Shown here in pieces: positions 9,838 to 18,606 of a stretch of 58,558 bases of DNA. The notes beneath the pieces were generated by a model that was not told the origin of the DNA, ran no database searches, and was given only the letters and a program-made list of their open reading frames with translations. The translations under genes were made by a program, and so were the position numbers. Each line of letters starts with the position of its first letter. The stretch's first letter is position 1. Location of the stretch: IMG/VR virus record IMGVR_UViG_3300047550_005955, positions 1 through 58,558 of that record. One strand, given 5' to 3'. The DNA is from a virus. Taxonomy: Duplodnaviria; Caudoviricetes.

Positions 9838-10307
9838 CCTATAATCCAAGAATAACAAATCAACAAAGTGGAGTCGTTGCTGTATCTGGAAACATAGTAG
9901 TTGAGGGAGGTGGCTTGATAACTGCCAGCAATCTAACTTGTGATTCTGTAACTTCATCTAATGCTGTTGGCGGAAACCTTAAAATATCTTCTTATGATTA
10001 CGAACGAACAGTTCCAATAAAAGCGGGTGTTATAAAAACATCTACAAACCTAACATTGACATCCCAGCATCATACAATATTGGTTGAACCATCGTCTGCT
10101 AATGTTACAATAACTTTGCCGACCGCCGCAGATCATGTAGGGAGAAACTATGTTATCAAAAAAAATATTTCTTCTTCGTTTAATGTAACAGTAACAGCAT
10201 CCTTGGCAGCAAATGATATAGATACATCTTCTTCTGTTTCGCTATCTTCTTCTTATCAAACAGTTAGATTAATCAGCGATGGAACTGGTAGTTGGTACAT
10301 TATTTAA
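9834..10307 (+). CDS. MTYNPRI-family appendage protein
   Basis: ATGA overlap, GGAG RBS; same N-terminus and SDGTGSWYII end. Confidence 0.75.
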   Translation: MTYNPRITNQQSGVVAVSGNIVVEGGGLITASNLTCDSVTSSNAVGGNLKISSYDYERTVPIKAGVIKTSTNLTLTSQHHTILVEPSSANVTITLPTAADHVGRNYVIKKNISSSFNVTVTASLAANDIDTSSSVSLSSSYQTVRLISDGTGSWYII

Positions 10308-10332
10308 CAAAATAGAAAGTACGATATATTCT
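10304..10332 (+). promoter_or_regulatory. Putative sigma70-type promoter
   Basis: TTAACA-17-TATTCT, 7 nt before ATG 10340. Confidence 0.45.
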
Positions 10333-10339
10333 ACCTAAA

Positions 10340-10855
10340 ATGATCTTGGGTTTAGATATAAGCACCAGCATAACTGGATATACTATTTTGGATGACAATG
10401 GTGTTGTCGTTGAGTGTGATCATATTGATTTAAAAAACTTTGAAGATACATTTAGCAAAGCAGAGAATGTTGATCTTAAGTTAAATCTACTTTTCCAAAA
10501 ATATAAGATAGAAAGTGTTTGGATAGAAGAAAGTCTACAAATGTTTTCTATGGGCAAGAGTAGCGCTAAAACAATTGCTACACTAACTAAGTTTAATGGC
10601 ATAGTTAGTTGGGTGATATACGATCGCTTTAGTATTGTTCCAAAGTATATACCATCTATTTCCGCAAGAAAGTTGTGCGGCATTAAAATGGAAAAAGGCA
10701 AAAAAGGCAAGGAATGTGTAATGGAACACATGGGAAAAAATGAAAAATGGTTCCAAATAGAGTATACAAAAAAAGATAATATAAAGCCATATTGTTATGA
10801 TCGTGCCGACAGTTGGGTTATAGCAATGGCTGGTCATTTAAAAACAGCAAAATAA
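10340..10855 (+). CDS. RuvC-like Holliday junction resolvase
   Basis: ILGLDISTSITG, WIEE and DRADS acidic motifs. Confidence 0.8.
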   Translation: MILGLDISTSITGYTILDDNGVVVECDHIDLKNFEDTFSKAENVDLKLNLLFQKYKIESVWIEESLQMFSMGKSSAKTIATLTKFNGIVSWVIYDRFSIVPKYIPSISARKLCGIKMEKGKKGKECVMEHMGKNEKWFQIEYTKKDNIKPYCYDRADSWVIAMAGHLKTAK

Positions 10856-10861
10856 AGTAAC

Positions 10862-10890
10862 TTGCAAGTTCATATCTGCCGTGATAGCGT
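10862..10890 (+). promoter_or_regulatory. Putative sigma70-type promoter (extended -10)
   Basis: TTGCAA-17-TAGCGT with TGn, 6 nt before ATG 10897. Confidence 0.5.
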
Positions 10891-10896
10891 TAGTTG

Positions 10897-11835
10897 ATGT
10901 TCGACAACCAAAAAGAAGAAATACTAAAAGACATCTTGGGAAATCCCCAGCACTCCGGTGAAGAGGTTCTTTTCTTCTGCAGAAAATGCAATCATCACAA
11001 GCCAAAACTAAGCGTAAATGTTCGTAAAAACTGTTTTAAATGTTGGGTTTGTAACTTTACCGGTACAAACTTGACGCGTCTTGTACGACGCTATGGAACT
11101 TATCGACACAAACAAGAATGGGCGAAGTATGATGATAAAGTAGACTTATCAGAAGGATCCTTTGTTGATACACTTTTTACAAAACAAGAAAGGGAACAAG
11201 TAAGCCTTTCTCTCCCAAAAGAGTTTATAACACTAACTGGAAAGCATAATCCACTATCTAATATACCGCTGCGATACTTGTATGAGCGCGGATTAAAAAG
11301 AGAAGATATATTAAAGTGGAAAATAGGTTATTGTCCTGATGGTGAATATGCTGGACGAATAGTGGTTCCAAGTTTTAATCTTGAAGGAAAAATAAATTAT
11401 TTTATTGCCCGATCATATCGGGACGATTGGATGAAATATAAAAATCCACCACTACATAAAAACTCAATTATCTTTAATGAACTATATGTTGATTGGTGCA
11501 GCGATGTTGTATTGACGGAAGGTGTGTTTGATGCTATTGTAGCAGGCAACGCAATACCGCTTCTCGGTTCAACACTTCCGGAGACAAGTAGATTGTTTCA
11601 AGAAATAGCAAAACACGATACTCCTATTTATATTGCTCTTGATCCGGACGCAGAAAAGAAAGCAAAACACTTGATTAACGACATGCTACATTACGGTATT
11701 GAACTCTATAAAATAGATGTAAGAGGCTTTCAGGATGTTGGTAGCATGAACAGGGAAGAGTTCTTAAAAAGAAAAAGTGCCTCTCTTCCTATGACGCCAG
11801 ACAATTTATTTAAATATCAATTACAGGGAATATAA
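10897..11835 (+). CDS. DNA primase (Zn finger + TOPRIM)
   Basis: CRKC..CWVC zinc finger; TEGVFDA and DPD TOPRIM motifs. Confidence 0.85.
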   Translation: MFDNQKEEILKDILGNPQHSGEEVLFFCRKCNHHKPKLSVNVRKNCFKCWVCNFTGTNLTRLVRRYGTYRHKQEWAKYDDKVDLSEGSFVDTLFTKQEREQVSLSLPKEFITLTGKHNPLSNIPLRYLYERGLKREDILKWKIGYCPDGEYAGRIVVPSFNLEGKINYFIARSYRDDWMKYKNPPLHKNSIIFNELYVDWCSDVVLTEGVFDAIVAGNAIPLLGSTLPETSRLFQEIAKHDTPIYIALDPDAEKKAKHLINDMLHYGIELYKIDVRGFQDVGSMNREEFLKRKSASLPMTPDNLFKYQLQGI

Positions 11836-14800
11836 TGATTAAACTCGCACATTTAGCGGACACACATATCCGCAACTTAAAATATCACGAAGAATACGAA
11901 ACTGTATTCAAGCAGATTTATAAAACTCTTGAAGAAGAAAAGCCAGATTACATAATCCACTGTGGGGATATAGCACACACAAAAACACAAATCTCACCAG
12001 AGTTTGTTGAAATGACTGCGCGGTTCTTGGAAAACTTATCCAAGATTGCTCCACTACATATTATTCTTGGAAACCATGACGGAAACTTAAAAAATAGTTC
12101 TCGTCAGGACAGTATTTCGCCTATTGTTAATGCGTTGAATAATAAAAATATTGTCCTTCATAAAGGTTCTGGAGAAAAAATAATTCAGGATGGATTAACA
12201 TTTAATGTTCTTTCTATCTTTGACGAAGAAAACTGGAAAAAGCCAACAAATCAAGACTGGATAAATATTGCTCTTTATCACGGAGCAATTGCTGGTGTAT
12301 CAACAGATATTGGCTATACGATGGAGCATTCAGATCATGACCTTTCTATTTTTTCTGGTTTCGATTATGCTCTTCTTGGAGATATTCATAAAACTAATCA
12401 GATTGTTGATACAGAAGGTCGTGTTCGCTACCCTGGATCAACTATCCAACAAAACCACGGCGAAACAGACGACAAAGGATTCCTAATTTGGGAAATTGAA
12501 GATAAAAATATTTTTAATGTCAGACACTTTGTTGTTCCTAATCCTCGCCCATTTATCACAATTAAATTGGACGAGTTCGGCAAGTTTGACGAGAGCATAC
12601 AGATAAAAGAAGGTGCGCGCGTTCGTGTAATGAGCGAGCACAATCTTGCCGTTCAGGATATTCGTAAGGCAACAGATGTTATTAAGGTAAAGTATAATCC
12701 AGAAAGCATCACGTTCTTAAACAAGGCAACAGAGCGCATCGATATTTCTGAAACATTGCAGAGAGTAAATGTAGAAGATTTGCGAAATCTTGCTACACAA
12801 GAAAAACTTATTACAGAATATCTTAAAGACTTTAATCCAACACAAGAAGTATTAACAAAGGTCTTTGAACTAAATAAAAAATATAACACTCTTGTCGAGG
12901 AAAACGAAGAAGTTTCCCGCAATGTTCGTTGGTCCCTAAAATCTCTTAAATGGGATCACTTATTTAACTATGGAAAAAATAACGTTATCAACTTTGCCGA
13001 TCTAAACGGTGTTGTTGGTATATTTGGCAAAAACTTTTCTGGCAAATCTAGCATTATTGATTCTCTGCTTTGGACAATGCAGAACTCAACAAGTAAAAAT
13101 GTTCGTAAAAATCTAAACATAATAAATCAAAATCAGCAAAGTTGTTCGGCAGAAGCAGAAATAGTTGTAAACAATAAACAATACTTGATTGAGCGCAGCG
13201 CCGAAAAATATACAAAGAAGTTAAACGGCGAAGAAACGGCAGAAGCCAAAACTGATGTTTGGTTTTCATCTTGCGAAATAGATCAACCTGAAGATTGCCG
13301 TAACTTTGAGCGCGGAAATCTAAATGGGCTCGATCGTAATGAAACGGATAAAAATATTCGAAAAGTATTTGGCACACTTGAAGATTTTCTTTTTACATCT
13401 ATGGCTTCACAACTTGGATCTCTTGATTTTATAAACGAAGGATCGACGCGTCGTAAGGAGATTCTTGGTAAGTTTATTGATCTGGATATATTTGCAAAAA
13501 AATATAAAATGGCAAATACCGATTCAACAGATCTAAAGGCTGCTTTAAAGCGCCTTGAAGGAAAAGACTACGATAAAGATATAAACGAAGCACAAGCAAA
13601 GGTCGCAGAACTAAAAGATAAATCACAAGTTCAAAGTTCTGAATGTGAACTAATAAAGGAAGAAACAAAAAAACTATCAGAGCAGATTACAGATATTGAT
13701 GTACAGATTGGTTCGCTTCCGAAAATAGAAGTCGTAGATCTTTATGAAGCAAACAATGCTTTGGAGAAGATAAAACAGGAAATCCAATCTTTTACCGAAA
13801 CAATCGGTAAGAATAATAAGTTTGTCGAGGAAAAGCAGGAGGCGCTCGATAAAGCGGCTAAACTTTTAGAAGAAATAAACATAAAAGAAGTAAGTGGACG
13901 CAAAGAAGCACTTGAAAAGGCAAACAAGGCTTTAGATAAACTTTTGCACGATGTTGTAGATCAGGAAAAAGAACTTAAAAAGGCAAATAAAGAAATAAAA
14001 ATCCTAGAAGAAGTGCCTTGCGGTGATGGGTATTTGACGACTTGCAAGTTCTTGACCAATGCAAACTCTACAAAAGAAAACATTCCAGGAACAGAACTAT
14101 CTATTAACTTGCTAAAGAAGAAAAAAGTTGAACTAGAAAAGGAAATAGAGTCCCTTAATCCAGAAGAAATAGAAAAATCTATTAGTGTTCACAGTGTCCT
14201 TCTCGAAAAACGAAGAAATATGGAGTCTCTTATTTCAGGTAAGCGGCTTGAGACAGAAAAACTAAACAATAAACTTATTCTCTCTTCAGCAAATGCCGAT
14301 AAACTAGAAAAAAATATAGAAGATTATTTCAAGAATGAACAAGTAGCGCTGAAGTTAAAAGATTTGAAGTCTAAAAAGTCTGATTTACTCAATGAAAAGC
14401 AGTCTTTGACAAAAAAACTAACAGATTGCGAAGCAAATATATTAAAAATGCATCGCGAGATAGGTTCTCTTGAACAAAAGGTGCAAACCTTGGAAGAATC
14501 AAAGAGCGAACTGTTTAAGTTGAGAGAAGAATATACCGCGATTGCTATGTTTGAAAAGGCTATGCACAGTAATGGCATTAGTTATGACATAATCCGCAAA
14601 AAACTGCCAGTCATAAACGAAGAAATAGCAAAAATACTTGCTAACGTAGTTAACTTTGAAGTATTTTTTGAGGATGATGGTAAAAAACTAGATATTCTTA
14701 TTAAGCATCCGAAGTACGATCCTCGTCCGATTGAACTTGGTAGTGGTGCCGAAAAGAGTTTGGCTGCTATGGCTATTCGTTTGGCGTTAACCAAGATCAG

Positions 14801-15011
14801 TTCATTACCGATCGGGGATATTATGATCTTAGACGAACCAGCAACCGCGCTTGATGAAGAAAATATGGAAGGTTTTATGAGAATATTAGATATGCTAAAA
14901 AGTCATTTTAAGACTATTATTTTGATTTCTCATCTTCCAGAACTAAAAGATGTTGCTGATGTTCAAATAACTATTGATAATATAGATGGATATGCTTGTG
15001 TGAAAATATAA
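11835..15011 (+). CDS. Fused Mre11/SbcD-Rad50/SbcC (T4 gp47-gp46-like) recombination nuclease-ATPase
   Basis: DTH, GD, GNHD, GDIH phosphoesterase motifs; Walker A GKNFSGKSS; coiled coil with Cys pair; GSGAE signature; Walker B ILDEP. Confidence 0.92.
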   Translation: MIKLAHLADTHIRNLKYHEEYETVFKQIYKTLEEEKPDYIIHCGDIAHTKTQISPEFVEMTARFLENLSKIAPLHIILGNHDGNLKNSSRQDSISPIVNALNNKNIVLHKGSGEKIIQDGLTFNVLSIFDEENWKKPTNQDWINIALYHGAIAGVSTDIGYTMEHSDHDLSIFSGFDYALLGDIHKTNQIVDTEGRVRYPGSTIQQNHGETDDKGFLIWEIEDKNIFNVRHFVVPNPRPFITIKLDEFGKFDESIQIKEGARVRVMSEHNLAVQDIRKATDVIKVKYNPESITFLNKATERIDISETLQRVNVEDLRNLATQEKLITEYLKDFNPTQEVLTKVFELNKKYNTLVEENEEVSRNVRWSLKSLKWDHLFNYGKNNVINFADLNGVVGIFGKNFSGKSSIIDSLLWTMQNSTSKNVRKNLNIINQNQQSCSAEAEIVVNNKQYLIERSAEKYTKKLNGEETAEAKTDVWFSSCEIDQPEDCRNFERGNLNGLDRNETDKNIRKVFGTLEDFLFTSMASQLGSLDFINEGSTRRKEILGKFIDLDIFAKKYKMANTDSTDLKAALKRLEGKDYDKDINEAQAKVAELKDKSQVQSSECELIKEETKKLSEQITDIDVQIGSLPKIEVVDLYEANNALEKIKQEIQSFTETIGKNNKFVEEKQEALDKAAKLLEEINIKEVSGRKEALEKANKALDKLLHDVVDQEKELKKANKEIKILEEVPCGDGYLTTCKFLTNANSTKENIPGTELSINLLKKKKVELEKEIESLNPEEIEKSISVHSVLLEKRRNMESLISGKRLETEKLNNKLILSSANADKLEKNIEDYFKNEQVALKLKDLKSKKSDLLNEKQSLTKKLTDCEANILKMHREIGSLEQKVQTLEESKSELFKLREEYTAIAMFEKAMHSNGISYDIIRKKLPVINEEIAKILANVVNFEVFFEDDGKKLDILIKHPKYDPRPIELGSGAEKSLAAMAIRLALTKISSLPIGDIMILDEPATALDEENMEGFMRILDMLKSHFKTIILISHLPELKDVADVQITIDNIDGYACVKI

Positions 15012-15018
15012 AAATAAA

Positions 15019-15061
15019 ATATTTATTTTAGATGAGCCATCTATTTATTGTAGATGAACCT
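15019..15061 (+). repeat. Two tandem 21-bp copies resembling the endonuclease insertion-site sequence, each containing the late-promoter motif
   Basis: ATATTTATTTTAGATGAGCCA and CTATTTATTGTAGATGAACCT versus 15787 ATATTTATATTAGACGAGCCT. Confidence 0.75.
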
Positions 15062-15073
15062 ATGTGGGTGTCT

Positions 15074-15787
15074 ATGATGATTAGTGGAATATATAAAATA
15101 TTAAATAAAATAAATGGTAAATTTTATATTGGTAGTAGTATTAATATAAAAACCAGATGGTCTAAGCACAAAAGTTTATTAAGAAACAATAAACACGACA
15201 ACGAACATTTACAAAATGCTTGGAATATATATGGTGAAGATAGTTTTGAGTTTATAATATTGTATGAAGTTGAACAATGTCTTTTGTTGCAAGAAGAAGA
15301 AAATATTATAAAAAATTTAAATTGTTGCGATAGACAGATTGGATATAACAAAACAGAAAATACTCTTTGTCCGATGAGAGGAAAGAAGTTGAGCGAAGAA
15401 ACGATCTGCAAACTAAGAGCCGCATCTACAGGGAAAAAACATACCGAAGAAACAAAACACAAGATTAGTCAATCAAATAAAAACAAAGTTGTTTCAGAAG
15501 AAACTAGAAGAAAAATGAGTGATGCTAAAAAAGGAAAAGAAATCTTACACAAAGAAAAACTTGATAATTCAAAAAAAACAAAACAATTTAGAGAAAAAAT
15601 AAGTAAATTTGCAAAAACAAGAACTGGTATTAAAAATCCTAACTCTAGATTAAACTTGCAACAGATAGAGACTATAATGCAAGACTTAGAACAAAATATT
15701 TTAAAAATTCAAGAAATAGCAAACAAATTTAATGTTTCTCGCTCAACAATAAAAAGAATTAAATATAAACAAACTTACGTAGATTGA
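15074..15787 (+). mobile_element. Free-standing GIY-YIG homing endonuclease (NUMOD3-like repeats, C-terminal HTH)
   Basis: SGIYKI..FYIGSS..R..H; HTEETKHKIS/SEETRRKMS repeats; IANKFNVSRSTI HTH; more AT-rich than its neighbours; start probably 15074 or 15077. Confidence 0.9.
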
Positions 15788-15978
15788 TATTTATATTAGA
15801 CGAGCCTGCAACTGCTCTTGACGAAGAAAATATGGAAGGATTTGTAAGAATCATTGATATGCTAAAGACACAGTTCAAGACAATCATACTTATTTCTCAC
15901 CTAGCAGAGTTAAAAGATGTTGCTGACGTACAAATAACCATTGATAACGTTGATGGTTATGCACATGTGGAGGCATAA
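15784..15978 (+). pseudogene. Displaced duplicate of the Rad50/gp46 C-terminus (Walker B to end)
   Basis: IFILDEPATALDEENMEGFVRIIDMLK.. nearly identical in protein to the last ~63 aa of 11835..15011, with many synonymous changes. Confidence 0.85.
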
Positions 15979-16215
15979 ATGAATATGGGGAAGATAAAAC
16001 AACAACTATTAGACCGATTGGTCGGAAAAGTGGTCAGCAGAAAACTTCTTGTATGGATAGTTGCTACTGTTGGTGTGCCGCTCCATTTTATTGACGGTGA
16101 TCAGTGGATGCAGATTAGCATTATTTATATCGGATCACAGGCTGTTATAACGGGCATTACTGAATATGTTAGAGCCAGCAAAGGTTTACCGTCACGGGCT
16201 TCCGAAGAGGGATGA
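15979..16215 (+). CDS. Holin-like two-TM protein
   Basis: SRKLLVW..TM..W..I..IYIGSQ pattern; GGAGG RBS; M-N-M possible dual start. Confidence 0.55.
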   Translation: MNMGKIKQQLLDRLVGKVVSRKLLVWIVATVGVPLHFIDGDQWMQISIIYIGSQAVITGITEYVRASKGLPSRASEEG

Positions 16216-16313
16216 ATATTCAAGCAGATATTATAGACGTAATCTTAACTTCACTAGGAATAGTGTTTATAATCTCTTATGCATTGGAGATGTTATATGG
16301 TGAAAAGAAATAA
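16212..16313 (+). CDS. 33-aa single-TM peptide (absent from ORF track)
   Basis: MNIQADIIDVILTSLGIVFIISYALEMLYGEKK*, ATGA overlap with upstream stop. Confidence 0.45.
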   Translation: MNIQADIIDVILTSLGIVFIISYALEMLYGEKK

Positions 16314-16689
16314 AGTTGGATTTTTTAATAGAATATTGAACACAATAAAAAGAAACTGGTATTTATTTGTTATAGCCGCTCTAGGAATAGTAATATTCGG
16401 CATGACATATATTCACGGTGGGAAACTGTCTGGATTAATCAACTCTCTTGGAACTTTATCCGATAACTATAGAAAACAAGTTAAAACAATCGATAAGTTA
16501 TCTGAAAAAAAATCTGCTAGCGACAAGAAGGCAATAAAAGATAGTAAAAAAAATCTGAAAGAGATAGAGGCAAGAGGAAAAGAAAGTTTAGAAAATATTG
16601 AAAAAGAAAAGCAGAAAACGGTTGATAATCTGAAGAAGAAGAAATCAAAAGAACTAGCCAAAAAAGTAAAAGACGAGTTTAAGTTATAA
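16297..16689 (+). CDS. N-terminal TM plus basic coiled coil (i-spanin-like)
   Basis: GGAG before ATG 16297; one hydrophobic segment then a helical region. Confidence 0.5.
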   Translation: MVKRNKVGFFNRILNTIKRNWYLFVIAALGIVIFGMTYIHGGKLSGLINSLGTLSDNYRKQVKTIDKLSEKKSASDKKAIKDSKKNLKEIEARGKESLENIEKEKQKTVDNLKKKKSKELAKKVKDEFKL

Positions 16690-16691
16690 AA

Positions 16692-17036
16692 ATGAACACA
16701 AATGAATATATCTACAGAGCGTTCGTTATAGATGTCCACGATGGCGATACATGTACCGTTGATATTGACTTAGGTTTTGGTATATGGATGCGAAATCAAA
16801 AATTAAGATTTTATGGAATAAATGCTCCGGAGTTAACGGGAGAGCAAAAGCAATCCGGTTTAAAATCCCGCGATTACGTTAGTTCTCTCATATTAAACAA
16901 AGAAGTGCTGATAGAGACTCAAAAAGACAAAAGTGAAAAGTATGGCAGATGGTTAGCGACAATATGGATAGATGGAACTAATCTAAACAAAAAGTTGGTA
17001 GAGGAAGGCTTTGCAAGAGAATATCTTGTAAAATAA
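16692..17036 (+). CDS. Thermonuclease (SNase family)
   Basis: DVHDGDT, RFYGINAPE, KYGRWLA motifs. Confidence 0.9.
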   Translation: MNTNEYIYRAFVIDVHDGDTCTVDIDLGFGIWMRNQKLRFYGINAPELTGEQKQSGLKSRDYVSSLILNKEVLIETQKDKSEKYGRWLATIWIDGTNLNKKLVEEGFAREYLVK

Positions 17037-17040
17037 AAAA

Positions 17041-17457
17041 ATGAAAACATTATGCTTAATAATATCATTAACGTTATCTTCAGTTTGTTTCGCTCAAACA
17101 GCAGTAGAAAAAGGACAACCATCCCCAGACGATGGTGTGTTTCTAACAAATGAAGAAGCAGCAAAAATACTCGCAGAAAAAGAAGCATGCGAAAAAAGAT
17201 GTCAAGTTAATATTAAAACAGAAGTAGAAAAACAGAAAACAAACTGCGAAACTGAAAAAAATCTTTTAAAAAATGAACTCGACTTTCAGAAAAATAAGTT
17301 TGACGAAATAATCGCTCTTCGCGACAAACAGGAAGAAGAGTTGATCCGAAAAATAAAAGAGCAAAACAACGGACTATATTGGTTTCTTGGTGGTGCTGCT
17401 GTTGGAATAGCAGTGGCAGCCGGAACTGTATTAGTGGTTGATTTTATACAAAAATAA
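17041..17457 (+). CDS. Exported coiled-coil protein with C-terminal TM (possible spanin component)
   Basis: Signal peptide, Cys-containing coil, Gly/Ala-rich C-terminal TM. Confidence 0.5.
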   Translation: MKTLCLIISLTLSSVCFAQTAVEKGQPSPDDGVFLTNEEAAKILAEKEACEKRCQVNIKTEVEKQKTNCETEKNLLKNELDFQKNKFDEIIALRDKQEEELIRKIKEQNNGLYWFLGGAAVGIAVAAGTVLVVDFIQK

Positions 17458-17458
17458 T

Positions 17459-17860
17459 ATGGATAAAGATTGGGATTACATAGCGGGAGTTGAGCGCGCC
17501 ATAAAAGAAAAATATGGCGACGCAGCAATACACAACCCAAAAGCAAACTGGAATGAAGAAAAAGAAAAAAAGTACGTTGAACAAGTAAAAGAAAGAGCCG
17601 ATTCAATCAAGGAAAAAGCCGAAAAACAAGAAACAATCCAAGAAAATGGGTTTTTATTAAAGAAAAAACTAGTTATTAGCAAAACTACTCGGGTTTGTCC
17701 CGTCACAAACTGTAACCGTTATTCTTTTAGTATAAAAGATGATGTTTACATGAACAAGTTTGGGTGTTGCCATGAGTGCTACATTCAACATGTGGAAGGA
17801 CGAGAGGACCTGTGGGGCGAAAGAAAGAAGGTGATTACAAATGATACTAGCAAAACTTGA
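17459..17860 (+). CDS. Hypothetical zinc-finger protein
   Basis: CPVTNC..CCHEC. Confidence 0.65.
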   Translation: MDKDWDYIAGVERAIKEKYGDAAIHNPKANWNEEKEKKYVEQVKERADSIKEKAEKQETIQENGFLLKKKLVISKTTRVCPVTNCNRYSFSIKDDVYMNKFGCCHECYIQHVEGREDLWGERKKVITNDTSKT

Positions 17861-18038
17861 AGAGGCACTTAAGGCGCTAGAAGGCTGCAAAGAAGATTGT
17901 GCAAAAGTTCAAAAAGGCAATCGTTCTGCTGCAACTCGTTTGCGTAAAGATGTAGCCGTTGTTGCAAAACTATTAAAAGAACTACGTGCCGCAGCACTTG
18001 AAACTGTTAAAGAAGCAAAAGCAGCAAAAGAAGAGTGA
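17841..18038 (+). CDS. Histone H1-like (Hc1 family) protein
   Basis: KGNRSAATRLRK..L.K..ELR matches the Hc1-type KGNKAAGTRARK motif. Confidence 0.75.
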   Translation: MILAKLEEALKALEGCKEDCAKVQKGNRSAATRLRKDVAVVAKLLKELRAAALETVKEAKAAKEE

Positions 18039-18057
18039 TTCACTCGGAGGTTCAACG

Positions 18058-18606
18058 ATGTCCGCAGAACTTATGGAAATAATAAAAGGCATATCACAGG
18101 TAATGGCAAATACCTATGATGGTGCGCGTGATGAAAAAGGTGAAAAGATCAAAGCCGGTTTACGCCGCGAAGAAGGTGTTGATTTCCACAAGTTTAATGG
18201 AACCTCTGCAGAGTGTCGTCTCCTAGATGGATTCAGGGCTCGTGTTGGATTTTATGCAGACAAAGATGGTGCATGGCCATGTTTAAATGTGAGTTATCAC
18301 ACCGAAGTTAAACTTGAAGAAGCACACGATCCAAAACTAGAAGAAGAAGTGGAAGAACGTATTGCTGATGCTGTTAAATATCTTAAAAAAGAGTTTAAGA
18401 AAGTAACAGGTAAAGAACTGGTCGCCGATAAACAGGGCGATCCTGAAATGCGTTTAGAACAAACTTCGCGGATCCGCACCTTTGTTACGGCAAAGTGTTG
18501 CTACAAAATCGGCGGTGTTGAAATGCCTAAGTTAGAAAATCCGTCAGACGTTAAACGCTCCGAAGAACTTCAAAAATGGTTAGCATTAGGTGGGCTTAAA
18601 AAATGA
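18058..18606 (+). CDS. Hypothetical phage protein
   Basis: GGAGG RBS before ATG 18058. Confidence 0.7.
   Translation: MSAELMEIIKGISQVMANTYDGARDEKGEKIKAGLRREEGVDFHKFNGTSAECRLLDGFRARVGFYADKDGAWPCLNVSYHTEVKLEEAHDPKLEEEVEERIADAVKYLKKEFKKVTGKELVADKQGDPEMRLEQTSRIRTFVTAKCCYKIGGVEMPKLENPSDVKRSEELQKWLALGGLKK

Noticed and set aside
15012-15787. Group I intron or intein carrying the GIY-YIG
   Set aside because: The host gene is already complete with a stop codon; the ~60-nt spacer leaves no room for a ribozyme core
14818-15978. Duplicated gene end as a DGR template/variable repeat pair
   Set aside because: Differences are mostly synonymous and not adenine-restricted; no reverse transcriptase in the window
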